This document shows, piece after piece, positions 1-9,845 of a stretch of DNA of 64,000 nucleotides. The DNA comes from a virus (taxonomy: Duplodnaviria; Caudoviricetes). The notes beneath the pieces were generated by a model. That model ran no database searches and was not told where the DNA came from. It saw only the letters and a list, made by a program, of their open reading frames with translations. The DNA is taken from the IMG/VR virus record IMGVR_UViG_3300049988_000286, positions 128,001-192,000 of that record; one strand, written 5' to 3'. Position 1 is the stretch's first letter, and each line of letters opens with the position of its first letter. The position numbers and the translations under genes were made by a program.

Positions 1-555
1 AAGGTCTTCGGCTCGGAAGAGATCGAGAACGCTCGCCGCGTTGATGCCATCTGGAAGGCGATCGATCGCGAGTCGAAGGACTGGTGGGCGTCGCGCAAGA
101 TCGGCGAGACCCTCCACTACCACAACGCCTTCGGGCAGTATATTCGCGGCACGGTCATCAATCAGCAGGGGAAGAACATGCTCCTCCCGCTCGCTCTGGT
201 GGGTTCGTGGGCGGCTCATGATCTGCCTTCGCGAGGGCGCGACGGCGAGGTTCGTCTCTCCTACACGGTGCGCAAGATTCGCGCCGGTGAGGCGTGGCAG
301 CCCAACGAGGGCTCCGTGTTCGAGTCGCCGTCGTTCTCGCGCCCCATGGGGCCAAACAACAGCTTCGATCCCCGCCGGGCCAATCCCCTCGACATCAGCG
401 ATCCCGAGCCGCTGACCGGCGATGCCGCCGTGGAGGCCCGGTATGAGCATCTCCGGATGCGCCTTACGGGCATCCTCGGCGACGGTCACCGCGATCCCAA
501 GGCGGCGCTCACCGAGGCGGCGCGGATGATTGCCGAATTGGGTATTGGCGCGTAA
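1..555 (+). CDS. hypothetical protein, 5' truncated by window edge
   Basis: Frame 1 is open from base 1 (KVFGSEEIENARRVDAIW...) to TAA at 553-555. Confidence 0.7.
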   Translation, partial: KVFGSEEIENARRVDAIWKAIDRESKDWWASRKIGETLHYHNAFGQYIRGTVINQQGKNMLLPLALVGSWAAHDLPSRGRDGEVRLSYTVRKIRAGEAWQPNEGSVFESPSFSRPMGPNNSFDPRRANPLDISDPEPLTGDAAVEARYEHLRMRLTGILGDGHRDPKAALTEAARMIAELGIGA

Positions 556-596
556 ACGAACTCGACACTACCGTAATACCTGCTAGGGAGGGTCGT

Positions 597-1052
597 ATGA
601 TCCTGATCACCATCATTTCGACTCTCGTTGCGGTCTTTGCTATCCAGAAATTCACCGTTTGGCTGGTGGTGGGTGTGACCCTTGCCCCATATCCGAGCGA
701 GACTTGGCTGCATCGGCTTTCCTTTCGCGCATACGAACTATGCGAGCTATTGGGCTGGGCATTACCCGAGAGCGAACGGAGCGAAGTCGAGGGACTGGAT
801 CGTTATCCCGAAGACGGCAGCGATCCTCGCATACAGTTCATAACCCGCATCGTCGTGCCATCCGAATATGCGCGTGATCAGGTAGTTAAGGCGATCCGCT
901 ATCTTCACGATAGCGATATCGACACCGAGTACATGGCGGTTAACTGGCTCGTTCATGCATACACGGGCTATGATGGTGAGCCTACCGATTATCCACCTGC
1001 TATCGTGGTAGAGCCGGAGATCGACGGGCCAGATCAGAGGAGCATTTCATGA
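597..1052 (+). CDS. hypothetical protein with N-terminal hydrophobic segment
   Basis: GGAGGG RBS; stop overlaps prs start (ATGA). Confidence 0.65.
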   Translation: MILITIISTLVAVFAIQKFTVWLVVGVTLAPYPSETWLHRLSFRAYELCELLGWALPESERSEVEGLDRYPEDGSDPRIQFITRIVVPSEYARDQVVKAIRYLHDSDIDTEYMAVNWLVHAYTGYDGEPTDYPPAIVVEPEIDGPDQRSIS

Positions 1053-1978
1053 AACTCATTACCGGCAATTCGAACCCCAGCCTCGCACAGTCGATCGCCC
1101 TCTATCTCGACAAACCGTTGACCAAGGTGGCCGCGCGGCGCTTTGCCGATGACGAAATCTTCGTCGAGATTGAGGAGAACGTGCGGGGCGAGGATGTCTT
1201 CATCATCCAGTCCACGGGCTTCCCCACGAACGACAACCTGATGGAACTCCTCATCATGATCGATGCGCTCAAGCGCGCATCCGCGAAGAGGATCACGGCG
1301 GTGATGCCCTATTACGGCTACGCGAGGCAGGATCGAAAGCCCGGCCCCCGCACACCCATCTCGGCCAAACTGGTCGCCGATCTCATCCACACGGCGGGCG
1401 CTGACCGCGCCCTGTGCGTCGATCTGCACGCCGGGCAGATTCAGGGGTTCTTCGACATCCCGATGGACAACCTCTACGCCGCGCCGGTGATCGCCAGCGA
1501 CGTTCGTGCCCGATACGGCAAGCGCAACCTCATGGTGGTGTCGCCGGATGTGGGTGGTGTCGTTCGTGCCCGAGCACTCTCAACTCGCCTCGACCACGCG
1601 CCGCTCGCTATCGTGGACAAGCGCCGCGAGCGTGCGGGTGTCTCGGAAGTCATGAACATCATCGGCGACGTACGGGGGCAATTCTGCGTGTTGATCGATG
1701 ACATCATCGATTCGGCGGGAACGCTATGCAACGCCGCCAAGGCGCTCCGGGAAGCCGGGGCGGAGGGTGTCGTCGCCTATTGCACGCATGGGGTTTTCTC
1801 CGGCGAGGCTATCGCGCGCATCGATGCTTCGGACTTCCTCGAAGTCGTGGTGACCGATACCCTGATGCCCCGTGGCGGCGACGGATCGAAGGTGCGTCGC
1901 ATGACGATTGCACCGCTACTCGGGGAGGCGATCAAGCGGATCAGTGACGAGACCTCCGTTTCATCGTTGTTCGACTGA
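1049..1978 (+). CDS. prs: ribose-phosphate pyrophosphokinase (PRPP synthetase), alphaproteobacterial type
   Basis: Motifs [37 protein letters not shown]; [14 protein letters not shown] is typical of alphaproteobacteria. Confidence 0.97.
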   Translation: MKLITGNSNPSLAQSIALYLDKPLTKVAARRFADDEIFVEIEENVRGEDVFIIQSTGFPTNDNLMELLIMIDALKRASAKRITAVMPYYGYARQDRKPGPRTPISAKLVADLIHTAGADRALCVDLHAGQIQGFFDIPMDNLYAAPVIASDVRARYGKRNLMVVSPDVGGVVRARALSTRLDHAPLAIVDKRRERAGVSEVMNIIGDVRGQFCVLIDDIIDSAGTLCNAAKALREAGAEGVVAYCTHGVFSGEAIARIDASDFLEVVVTDTLMPRGGDGSKVRRMTIAPLLGEAIKRISDETSVSSLFD

Positions 1979-2148
1979 TGCACACTGTCGATATGATGAG
2001 GGTAGCGGCGAGCATTGACTCGATTAAAGAGCTATCCAGACTGGCAGACATCTTGGTTCGCCGGATGAACGAAGTCTCTGATTTAACCGGACACGATTGT
2101 GTTTACGAGCTTCAGAGTTTATCGAGGATTAGATCATGGAAGAAGTAG
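1978..2148 (+). CDS. small hypothetical protein (56 aa)
   Basis: ATG overlaps the prs stop; fills the gap. Confidence 0.35.
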   Translation: MHTVDMMRVAASIDSIKELSRLADILVRRMNEVSDLTGHDCVYELQSLSRIRSWKK

Positions 2149-2309
2149 AACGCATCGCTCGCCTCCTCTGTCGCGATAAGGGCATCGATCCAGATGGTCG
2201 TGGCTACGCGATGACCAAGCAGACCGAGCAGCGGCTAGGTAAGGAATACCCGCTATGGCGCTATCAGGCCATGTCGGTTGAACTCGTCCTGCGCGAGCAT
2301 CAGTCGTGA
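2136..2309 (+). CDS. small hypothetical protein (MEEVERIARLLC...)
   Basis: Read manually; overlaps start of next ORF. Confidence 0.55.
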   Translation: MEEVERIARLLCRDKGIDPDGRGYAMTKQTEQRLGKEYPLWRYQAMSVELVLREHQS

Positions 2310-2515
2310 GCATCGCGCAGAAGATCGCCGCAACACCCGAGCACGGCTACACAGTCGTGTCACTTTCGGGCGACCGCGCGAAAATGTATCGGTTCCGGGG
2401 CCTCGCCCTTACGATGCGCGAGGATGGTATCCATGTGCCTATCTTCTTCTCCGCCGGGGTGCTGACTATCCACTTCCCCACCAGCGACATCGACAACTAC
2501 GAGGTCTTTGCCTGA
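2306..2515 (+). CDS. hypothetical protein
   Basis: ORF track; GTGA coupling. Confidence 0.6.
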   Translation: MSIAQKIAATPEHGYTVVSLSGDRAKMYRFRGLALTMREDGIHVPIFFSAGVLTIHFPTSDIDNYEVFA

Positions 2516-2905
2516 TCAGGAGTAGTACCGCACCATGATGGACCAATCTCTCTCCTGCTTGGCAATCATCGTGGAATGGAGATAGCCGATCTGGTCTGGG
2601 AGATTGTCCGCAACGAGACCGACGAAATCGTTGAAGTCCTCGGTGTTGAGCGCCACGGTATCCTCGACAGTGATGAGGAAGGAGATGCTCGACGACTTGG
2701 TGCTGATGTGGGCGGGGTCTAGGCGGTTCTGCGCCCGCAGGAGATCAAACAGCGCGTCGCGGAGGCGTAGTTCGAAAAACTTGTCCTCTGGTCCAGTGCG
2801 GAGAACATCCCGATCAAGGGTTTCGAAAAGGGCGCGGAGGTCAGCTTTGCGGGCCTCGTCCGCTTTGTTTGCTCGGATAACCGAGAGATCAACGACGTTG
2901 CTCAT
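2516..2905 (-). CDS. hypothetical late protein
   Basis: TAAATA-ccac-ATG directly upstream. Confidence 0.7.
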   Translation of the reverse strand: MSNVVDLSVIRANKADEARKADLRALFETLDRDVLRTGPEDKFFELRLRDALFDLLRAQNRLDPAHISTKSSSISFLITVEDTVALNTEDFNDFVGLVADNLPDQIGYLHSTMIAKQERDWSIMVRYYS

Positions 2906-2954
2906 GTGGTATTTAGTGTAGAGTTATTACCGATCTTCGTGATATATTGCTGGA

Positions 2955-3185
2955 ATGATAACTCCGATAGTTGATCTTTATGCGACGTGTTGGTTGCCGG
3001 GCGATCAACACTTACCAGAACCGTGGTTCAAGACTCATTGTTGGTGGCAAGATGAAGCCGTGGGCTGGATGAAGCGCCTTGATGGTCTGACGGAAACCGA
3101 GAAAAATAAAGCGATGGGCTTGTTCTCGCTTGCGTGCGACCGTTTAATCTTGGCAGCGCCGCGACTTGATGGCATAAACCCGTGA
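2955..3185 (+). CDS. hypothetical protein
   Basis: ORF track; coupled to next ORF. Confidence 0.55.
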   Translation: MITPIVDLYATCWLPGDQHLPEPWFKTHCWWQDEAVGWMKRLDGLTETEKNKAMGLFSLACDRLILAAPRLDGINP

Positions 3186-3997
3186 TGCACTTCATCGTAA
3201 ACACGAATCTACAACGCGAGGGCGGCTACTACGCTCTGATCGAACAATTGGAGCGGCAGGGCGTGGGATACACGCTCGTCCGCAAGCCGCCATTCGCGGA
3301 TTACCTTGTGGCGATGGAGGACGACTTTGACGCAGATGGGCACCAGAAACCCATTATGCTTGAAGGGATCGACGGACCGGTGTTCGTCACCGGCACCACT
3401 TCGATGAAGGCGGTGAGCGAGGCTCATGGGTGGCAACCCGGCTACATCGACGCGCCATCGCAGGACGAGTGCTTCGCGGCATGGGACACCCACATGCTCA
3501 ACCGAGATGCCGTCTTTGGGACGATCGCGGATATCGTGCCGCCGGAGGGTGAGTTCTTCATCCGCCCCGACCTCGATAGCAAGGCCTTCTCGGGCACCAC
3601 GATGCACGCGTCGGCATTCGAGGATTGGCGTCGCGACATCATGACGATCGACACTTGGACAACAGTGCCGCGTGATCTGCGGGTTATGATTGCGCCGCTG
3701 AAAACCATTTGGGCAGAGTATCGGTGCATCATGGTGCGGGGCCGCTACGTGACGGGATCGCGCTACAAGACAGGCGAGACGGTGGCGTACAGTCCCGATG
3801 TCGGTGACCGGATCATCCGCTACGCGAATGAGCGAGTGGCAGAATGGTGCCCCCGTGTCGCTATGTGCCTTGATATCGCCGACACGCCGGAAGGGTTGAA
3901 GGTCATTGAGACCAACGCGATATCGTCGGCGGGCTTCTACTCGATCGACATGAACATCTTTGTTGGTGAGATCGCCGCGCTGGGAGAATACTCGTGA
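3182..3997 (+). CDS. ATP-grasp domain protein (R2K/DUF4343-like)
   Basis: FFIRPDLDSKAFSG, EYRC, DIADTPEGLKVIETNAISSAGFY (E-x-N) pattern. Confidence 0.75.
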   Translation: MMHFIVNTNLQREGGYYALIEQLERQGVGYTLVRKPPFADYLVAMEDDFDADGHQKPIMLEGIDGPVFVTGTTSMKAVSEAHGWQPGYIDAPSQDECFAAWDTHMLNRDAVFGTIADIVPPEGEFFIRPDLDSKAFSGTTMHASAFEDWRRDIMTIDTWTTVPRDLRVMIAPLKTIWAEYRCIMVRGRYVTGSRYKTGETVAYSPDVGDRIIRYANERVAEWCPRVAMCLDIADTPEGLKVIETNAISSAGFYSIDMNIFVGEIAALGEYS

Positions 3998-4296
3998 GAA
4001 ATTGGTTTGCGATGGCGGGATTACTCACCATCACGGTAGGATTAGGACTCCTCGTCGGATGCGACGTGGACGAGCAACGAGCACGGGCGCGAGTAGGTAA
4101 TCTCACCACGGTTCAACGGCTCATGGGCGATAGTGTAGTGACTTGCGCGGACGGGAATCAGATTCGGACGTTGGTCTATGACTTCGGCGGCAACTCTACT
4201 GCTTTCTCATCCTTCACGATCCTCAACGCTGATGGAACACCGAAGCGTTGCGTACGGCGGGAGAGGGCGGTGGAGACCGTTGAGGTGCCGGAGTGA
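3994..4296 (+). CDS. putative lipoprotein
   Basis: Hydrophobic leader with LLVGC lipobox. Confidence 0.55.
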   Translation: MRNWFAMAGLLTITVGLGLLVGCDVDEQRARARVGNLTTVQRLMGDSVVTCADGNQIRTLVYDFGGNSTAFSSFTILNADGTPKRCVRRERAVETVEVPE

Positions 4297-4610
4297 GCCG
4301 CCCTTACACGGAAGAAGAGTCTGTTGAGGCGCTCCTCTCCCATATCGCGGCACTGGCTCATTTCTGGGGCACGACGGAGGGCAGGGATGGCCCGAAAACG
4401 CCACTGGAACGCTGCAACGGTTTGGCGTTCTCGATCTTGTCGATGATTGATGGCTCCACGCTTGATCTTCCCGCGATCGATCTCTCCATGTCTCCGCACC
4501 CCGACGATCGCGCCTACCATGTTGATAATGACGAAAACTATTGGCAACCCGGTGTGTTCAACAACGAGATGCTCCACGAGCGCTGGCACGCGATTGAGCG
4601 CAAGTCATGA
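4293..4610 (+). CDS. hypothetical protein
   Basis: ORF track; coupled overlaps. Confidence 0.7.
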   Translation: MSRPYTEEESVEALLSHIAALAHFWGTTEGRDGPKTPLERCNGLAFSILSMIDGSTLDLPAIDLSMSPHPDDRAYHVDNDENYWQPGVFNNEMLHERWHAIERKS

Positions 4611-4951
4611 CCGACTACGAGGCTCTGTTCTGGCAACACCACGATACCGCAATGGATGTGCGAGAAGCCGTCTCGCGCGCCATTGAGATGATGCAGGACG
4701 AGGGCTTCGATCCCGCCGTTGATCGTCGAATCGAGGATGCCCAACAGGCAATGATCGATACGCAGCCGAGTTGGGGTTGGCGACTGGCTCGCGTCTGGTC
4801 CGCCCTTGGTGTTGATTTCGGTGATGCCGACAGTTTCGACTGGTCGATGCAGCGTGAGTTTATCCGGTTGTTCATGCACGATGAGGGTGCTAGACGGGCA
4901 ATCCAAGAACGCGATTGTTCATATCCTGCATTGGGTGAAGTGATCCGATGA
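4607..4951 (+). CDS. hypothetical protein
   Basis: ORF track; ATGA overlaps. Confidence 0.65.
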   Translation: MTDYEALFWQHHDTAMDVREAVSRAIEMMQDEGFDPAVDRRIEDAQQAMIDTQPSWGWRLARVWSALGVDFGDADSFDWSMQREFIRLFMHDEGARRAIQERDCSYPALGEVIR

Positions 4952-5100
4952 CGATCCGCATTACTACCTCATTGGAAACGCAACGCCTTATCGGTAGCGC
5001 TGCTCGGGCTGCCGGGGGATATTTCGCACTCGCGAGGAAAATCGCCGACACGCGCAAACGCGTGATCGATGAGGCGAAGTCGGAACGGAAACAATCATGA
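4948..5100 (+). CDS. small hypothetical protein (50 aa)
   Basis: Read manually; ATGA overlaps at both ends. Confidence 0.55.
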   Translation: MTIRITTSLETQRLIGSAARAAGGYFALARKIADTRKRVIDEAKSERKQS

Positions 5101-5282
5101 TCTACTATCTCATCTTCTGCACCATGTCGATGTCCGCTGGTGATCAAGTCTGTATCGCGCCGACGCCAACGCCATCCCAGCGAGCGTGTCGCTTTATGCT
5201 GCGGGAGTATCTCGCTCTCGCTGGTACAACGATGGGCGGCGAGGCTCGCGCCAAGGGGCGGTGTCTCGGCGTCGTCAAGTGA
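5097..5282 (+). CDS. small hypothetical protein
   Basis: ORF track; coupled. Confidence 0.55.
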   Translation: MIYYLIFCTMSMSAGDQVCIAPTPTPSQRACRFMLREYLALAGTTMGGEARAKGRCLGVVK

Positions 5283-5560
5283 CCTATACGCATTGTTCTC
5301 GCATCCCCTCGTTGTTGTTCGGTGATCTCCCTCCTAGCATCAAGGAAGCGATGTTGCGCAATTCAGTGCGGCTTCCTGATTTGCGATCCGAGTATCAAGC
5401 AAAACTCATGAAAATCATCGACGAGTGGTGCACAGAGCATTGCGCGGGCCTGTTCGTCATCAACTTGAAAATAGGTCGCGTCATGTTCGAGAAGGAAGAC
5501 GATCGCTTCCTCTTCCAGACTGCCACGCCGGGAAAGGATTACAGTGATGATAAACGGTGA
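5279..5560 (+). CDS. hypothetical protein (F-x-x-E-x-D-x-x-x-F family)
   Basis: GTG start coupled to previous stop; VMFEKEDDRFLF. Confidence 0.55.
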   Translation: MTYTHCSRIPSLLFGDLPPSIKEAMLRNSVRLPDLRSEYQAKLMKIIDEWCTEHCAGLFVINLKIGRVMFEKEDDRFLFQTATPGKDYSDDKR

Positions 5561-5924
5561 CACTGAAGTCAAAGTGCGAAGCGAGGGTGACTTTCACCTC
5601 GGACTCGCCCTTGATCTCTGTATGATCTATCATACGGGATCGCGCGACGGTGGCGTGACTCACTGGCGCACCGATGGCGACGTGCTGTATTTCGGATGGC
5701 ACGAATCGATGCAGGGCACGCCCCTTCCCGCGAAGATGAACCGCGATATGCTCGTTCCGCTCATCAACGCTTGGCTGAAGGACGCCGAATACGGTGAGGA
5801 GCCCGACATCGACGGTTCTACGGTCAAGGGTTGGACGATCTCCAACCGGATCAAATACGAGGTCAAGGGGCAGTTCTACATTACCTTCGCGGTCTACCCG
5901 ACATGGCTCGAATACGGGAAATAG
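5544..5924 (+). CDS. hypothetical protein
   Basis: ORF track. Confidence 0.65.
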   Translation: MMINGDTEVKVRSEGDFHLGLALDLCMIYHTGSRDGGVTHWRTDGDVLYFGWHESMQGTPLPAKMNRDMLVPLINAWLKDAEYGEEPDIDGSTVKGWTISNRIKYEVKGQFYITFAVYPTWLEYGK

Positions 5925-5939
5925 CCTAATCGATTTATG

Positions 5940-5968
5940 TTGCGATCCTGACCGAACTCTCCTATAGG
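5940..5968 (+). promoter_or_regulatory. sigma70-type promoter
   Basis: TTGCGA-N17-TATAGG upstream of 5990. Confidence 0.5.
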
Positions 5969-5989
5969 CGGGGGATATCGGAGGATCGT

Positions 5990-7090
5990 ATGGTCGAATA
6001 TCTGTTGTTGTTGGTTCCGCCGCTGCTCGTCGTCATCGGCATGAAGTATTTCTGTCATGCGGAGATCACGTGGCAGGAGGCGGGAGCACAGGCCCTGATC
6101 GCGATCATCCTCGTCACCACCGTCTACTCGGTGTCGAGGTATTCGCAGATGGCCGATACCGAAATCCTCAATGGTCAGGTGACTGCCAAGAGCAAGGAGT
6201 GGACCTCCTGCTCGCATAGCTACTCGTGCAATTGCCGCACCGTCACGTCGGGCTCGGGTCCAAACGCCACGACCTCGACGCAGTGCGATACCTGCTATGA
6301 GCACCTCAACGACTGGGACTGGACGGTCAAGTCCACGGTGGGGCGCTTCGACATCGATCGGATCGATAGCCGTGGGTCGGAAGAGCCGCCGCGCTGGACC
6401 AAGGTGGCGGTAGGTCAGCCGGTGGCGCGCGAACACCGCTATACCAACTACATTCGTGGTGCGAAGGACAGCCTCTTCAATGAGGAATTCCTCAAGAAGA
6501 ACTATCGCGGCCCGCTCCCCGACTATCCCTCCACCTACGACTACCAATACGCCGATCGGGTTATCGCCACGCCGGGCACCCGTGTCGCCGATCTTCGTGG
6601 ATGGAACGAACGGCTCGCCATGATGCTGCGTGCGATCGGCCCGGCGAAACAGGCCAATATCGTCATGGTGATGACCCATGAGGGGCCGGGGTTCGCGGAA
6701 GCGCTGCGGGGCCATTGGCTGGGTGGTAAGAAGAACGACATCATCGTTGTCGTAGGGACCAATTATCCTGCGATTACTTGGGTGCGCGTCTTCTCATGGG
6801 CGCAGCAGGACATAATCAACGTCATGCTTCGAAATGAACTCACCGAATCGAAGACGCTTGACATTGGCCGAACTATGGATATCATCGGCCGCAATGTGGT
6901 GACCTACTACCAGCGCAAGCCAATGAAGGAGTTCGAGTATCTGGCCAATGATGTAAGCCCGCCAATGTGGGTGCTCGTCATGGCGCTGATCCTCGGGACC
7001 GGAGCATCGATCGGCGCTGGTGTGTACTTCATGCAGAACGAATGTTTCGGACAGAAGAGCAGCTTCGGTCGCTCGCCTTTCCGTCGCTGA
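5990..7090 (+). CDS. membrane protein with Cys/His-rich extracytoplasmic region and possible TPM-like domain
   Basis: Two N-terminal and one C-terminal TM segments; CSHSYSCNC...CDTCYEH; lies next to a LemA-like gene. Confidence 0.7.
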   Translation: MVEYLLLLVPPLLVVIGMKYFCHAEITWQEAGAQALIAIILVTTVYSVSRYSQMADTEILNGQVTAKSKEWTSCSHSYSCNCRTVTSGSGPNATTSTQCDTCYEHLNDWDWTVKSTVGRFDIDRIDSRGSEEPPRWTKVAVGQPVAREHRYTNYIRGAKDSLFNEEFLKKNYRGPLPDYPSTYDYQYADRVIATPGTRVADLRGWNERLAMMLRAIGPAKQANIVMVMTHEGPGFAEALRGHWLGGKKNDIIVVVGTNYPAITWVRVFSWAQQDIINVMLRNELTESKTLDIGRTMDIIGRNVVTYYQRKPMKEFEYLANDVSPPMWVLVMALILGTGASIGAGVYFMQNECFGQKSSFGRSPFRR

Positions 7091-7112
7091 AACCTCTATC
7101 AAGGAATAATCA

Positions 7113-7679
7113 ATGAATAAGATTTCCCCCATCTTCGTCGCCCTTGGCGTCATTGGCCTCGCCATCGTGGTGCTGGTAGGCGGCTACATTTCGGGCAACA
7201 ACACCGCTGCGCGTTACGAGGCGAACATCAACGCCTCCTACAAGGACAGCCAGAACGTGCTCGGCCAACTCGCCCCCAAGCTGCGCGAGTCGGTGAGCAT
7301 CACCAAGGTGCAGGAGGCGGCGCTTCGCAACATCATCACCGGCGCGAACACCTCGCGGTACGGCCCCAATGGCACCGCAGCCGCCGTGCAGGTGATTCAG
7401 GAGTCGAACCCGACGCTCGACCAGTCCAGCTACGCGCGGATCGTCGCCATGATCGAGGCGACGCGCAATGACTTCGCGACCAAGCAGCGCCGCACCGCCG
7501 ACGAGATGCGGGGCTACAAGACCGCGCTCACGACGCTGCCGGGCAGCATGTTCATCAAGATGGCGGGCTACCCCACGGCGGGCTTCATCGAGAAGTACGA
7601 TGTCGTCGTCCAGTCGAGCCACTCCGACAATGCCTTCAAGACCGGCATCGACGACGGCGTGGACATCAACAGCTTCTAA
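7113..7679 (+). CDS. LemA-like protein
   Basis: Single N-terminal TM, helical body, late 'IEATRNDF...YKTALTTLPGSMF' resembling LemA C-terminus. Confidence 0.6.
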   Translation: MNKISPIFVALGVIGLAIVVLVGGYISGNNTAARYEANINASYKDSQNVLGQLAPKLRESVSITKVQEAALRNIITGANTSRYGPNGTAAAVQVIQESNPTLDQSSYARIVAMIEATRNDFATKQRRTADEMRGYKTALTTLPGSMFIKMAGYPTAGFIEKYDVVVQSSHSDNAFKTGIDDGVDINSF

Positions 7680-7681
7680 CC

Positions 7682-7706
7682 GGGTGGGGGCCTCGTGCCC
7701 CCATCC
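7682..7706 (+). terminator. GC-rich hairpin after LemA-like gene
   Basis: GGGTGGGGGC-ctcgt-GCCCCCATCC; weak U tract. Confidence 0.45.
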
Positions 7707-7720
7707 TCTATTGGAGAATC

Positions 7721-8056
7721 GTGATGCCCAATCCCCCTACCCTCAACACACCCTTCGACTGGGCGCTCCGGGTCGCCTCCTCGGTGATCAGCTACCTCTA
7801 CATGTACGCCTTGGCGCTGATCGTCTTCGTGATCTTCCCCGGCTGGTTCATCAAGATCGTGTGGATGACGGGGGGCGCGACATTCCTCGCCTTGGTGGCG
7901 ATCGTCATCATCGGGAACGTGGTGCTCCGTAGGGAGGGGCGACTGACGCCGAAGCAATACGCCATCGCGGCGATGCTCGCGGTGGTCTGGCCCATTGCCC
8001 TGATGGTCGGCCTCTCCAACGACGTTGAGCGCTACATGAACGGAGAACCGCTGTGA
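7721..8056 (+). CDS. multi-pass membrane protein
   Basis: Three hydrophobic segments; GGAG RBS. Confidence 0.65.
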   Translation: MMPNPPTLNTPFDWALRVASSVISYLYMYALALIVFVIFPGWFIKIVWMTGGATFLALVAIVIIGNVVLRREGRLTPKQYAIAAMLAVVWPIALMVGLSNDVERYMNGEPL

Positions 8057-8352
8057 CGACACTCGAACGCGCCATGCGGGCACGAGATAAGGTGCGCCAG
8101 TCGCCCACCGCGATCAACATCATGGCGTTCTTCGCCGTGATCGACGACATTCCTATTACCCGCTTCGATCCCTCGGTGAAGGAATTCGGTGAGCGCACCT
8201 TCACCGACGAAGAGATCACCGCGATGCCGCAGGAGCGTCAGGCCTTCGCCCTCTTGGCGCAAGTCGCCGGGGTGGCGGGTTCGGAGCGTCTCGGTGAGGA
8301 GTTGGTGAAGTGGACGCGGGCGCGGTTCCAAGCCATGCGGGAAAACACTTGA
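8053..8352 (+). CDS. hypothetical protein
   Basis: ORF track; GTGA coupling. Confidence 0.65.
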   Translation: MTTLERAMRARDKVRQSPTAINIMAFFAVIDDIPITRFDPSVKEFGERTFTDEEITAMPQERQAFALLAQVAGVAGSERLGEELVKWTRARFQAMRENT

Positions 8353-8376
8353 CCCGCTAAACAATTATGCTAATAG
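8349..8376 (+). promoter_or_regulatory. sigma70-type promoter
   Basis: TTGACC ... TGCTAATAG followed by AAGGAG RBS. Confidence 0.5.
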
Positions 8377-8396
8377 TTCGGTCAAGGAGATCGAAC

Positions 8397-9845
8397 ATGG
8401 CATCAGCGGCGCAGCAGGTTCATTTCAGCATCGATGGCGAGTGGCTCACGGGTCATGTGCGCGATCTCGTCATCGAAGGCCGCTGGGATCACGCCATGCG
8501 GACTCTCAAGGAACTTGAGGGCATGACCGCCGACATCGCGATCACGATCCTGCGCGGCGATAAGAAGCTCGTCGGCGTCAACGATCTCTCGCTCGCCGAC
8601 GATGATGCGACCGAGTATCGCGCCACGCTCGATCAGATGTTCTCCGGCGTCTTCGTCGATCAGTGGGGGACTTATCTGCGCCCCTACGCGGTAGTGACGG
8701 CATGGGGGCAGCGCGATCTCTGTGACGGTGATCTCCCGACGCTGACGCGCGGCAGCACCTTCGCGGATTTCGCCACCTATCGCGGCGGCACGCGCCGCTC
8801 TTACCGCAACCCGCTCATCTACGCCGACCACCCCACCGACGTGTCGGTCAAGGTCAGGGTTCCGGAGGGGCAGACGAGCACCTCGCGCGGCGGCAGTCTC
8901 GGTGACGAGATCGTCCTGTGCCGTGTCGTCGATGGTTTCCCGCATCTCATCCGGGACTCGCACGGGAACGGTAATGCCGCCGGGGCGATCCGGGAGTTGT
9001 TCGAGCGCGGTATCCTTCTGCGCGAGGTTGGTGCCTTCGAGGGTAGCGCAGAGGACGCGGCGGCGATCGTGGAGAAGGGTACCCGCGCCGATGCCGACAA
9101 GGTGCTCGATGATGCGCGCAGCGATCCGGTGCGTCTCAAGGCCGTGCTGGAAATCACCCAGCGGATGCAGGACAACAAGCTGGCTGATTATCGCACGCGC
9201 ATCATCGAGCAAGCCGGTGACGACTTCTTCGATCTCCCCTACCGGGACGGTGACGAGGAGAAGGTAGCGCGTGTCCCCACCGCACCGTTCGAGAACTGGG
9301 CGCTGTGGCGCACCGCTGGTGCTGGTTTGGCCAAGCCGTGGCAGACCATCTGCCCTTCGGGCATGAAGATGTATGGCGACGATCCCTATCACACTGACTG
9401 GATGGTCGGTGCCGGGCTGCCGCTCGATAAGATGAACGACGACAACTCCACGCTGTCGAAAGTCGCCTTCCAGCGCAACTGGGATATACAGGAGAGCCTG
9501 ATGTCCTTCGAGGCGGCGGTGCTCTGCGGTGACGGGGACGCCTATGGCGAAGTCGTGCACCCCAAGGCGGGCGAGGAAGTTGAGCCGGATCAGATCGCGG
9601 TTATCCCCGCCGCATCGGCGCGGTATCTCGCTGCCGCGATCACGGCACGGGCCGTGATTGTTGAACAGGGCGGCGCGATGGCGCATCTCGTCACCGTGGC
9701 ACGGGAACAGGGCGTGACCATCATGCGAATGGAGGGTGCTCGCACCAAGTATCCGGTGGGCTCGCGCGTCACCATGCGTCCCTCGGAGGGCGTCATCCGA
9801 ATGGCAAGCATCCCGGTCCGCGATGCCTTCGGGGACATCGACTAA
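8397..9845 (+). CDS. unknown N-terminal region fused to C-terminal PEP-utilising swivelling phosphohistidine domain
   Basis: C-terminal AVIVEQGGAMAHLVTVARE matches the mobile-domain GG-x-x-x-H-x-x-x-VARE motif; start chosen from AAGGAG RBS. Confidence 0.7.
   Translation: MASAAQQVHFSIDGEWLTGHVRDLVIEGRWDHAMRTLKELEGMTADIAITILRGDKKLVGVNDLSLADDDATEYRATLDQMFSGVFVDQWGTYLRPYAVVTAWGQRDLCDGDLPTLTRGSTFADFATYRGGTRRSYRNPLIYADHPTDVSVKVRVPEGQTSTSRGGSLGDEIVLCRVVDGFPHLIRDSHGNGNAAGAIRELFERGILLREVGAFEGSAEDAAAIVEKGTRADADKVLDDARSDPVRLKAVLEITQRMQDNKLADYRTRIIEQAGDDFFDLPYRDGDEEKVARVPTAPFENWALWRTAGAGLAKPWQTICPSGMKMYGDDPYHTDWMVGAGLPLDKMNDDNSTLSKVAFQRNWDIQESLMSFEAAVLCGDGDAYGEVVHPKAGEEVEPDQIAVIPAASARYLAAAITARAVIVEQGGAMAHLVTVAREQGVTIMRMEGARTKYPVGSRVTMRPSEGVIRMASIPVRDAFGDID

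Noticed and set aside
1049-1978. Prs as the NARP1 ADPR-PP synthetase (Adps)
   Set aside because: It looks like a canonical alphaproteobacterial Prs and lies ~36 kb from the Nampt-family gene, which is paired with an NMNAT instead. Only an enzyme assay could fully exclude it.
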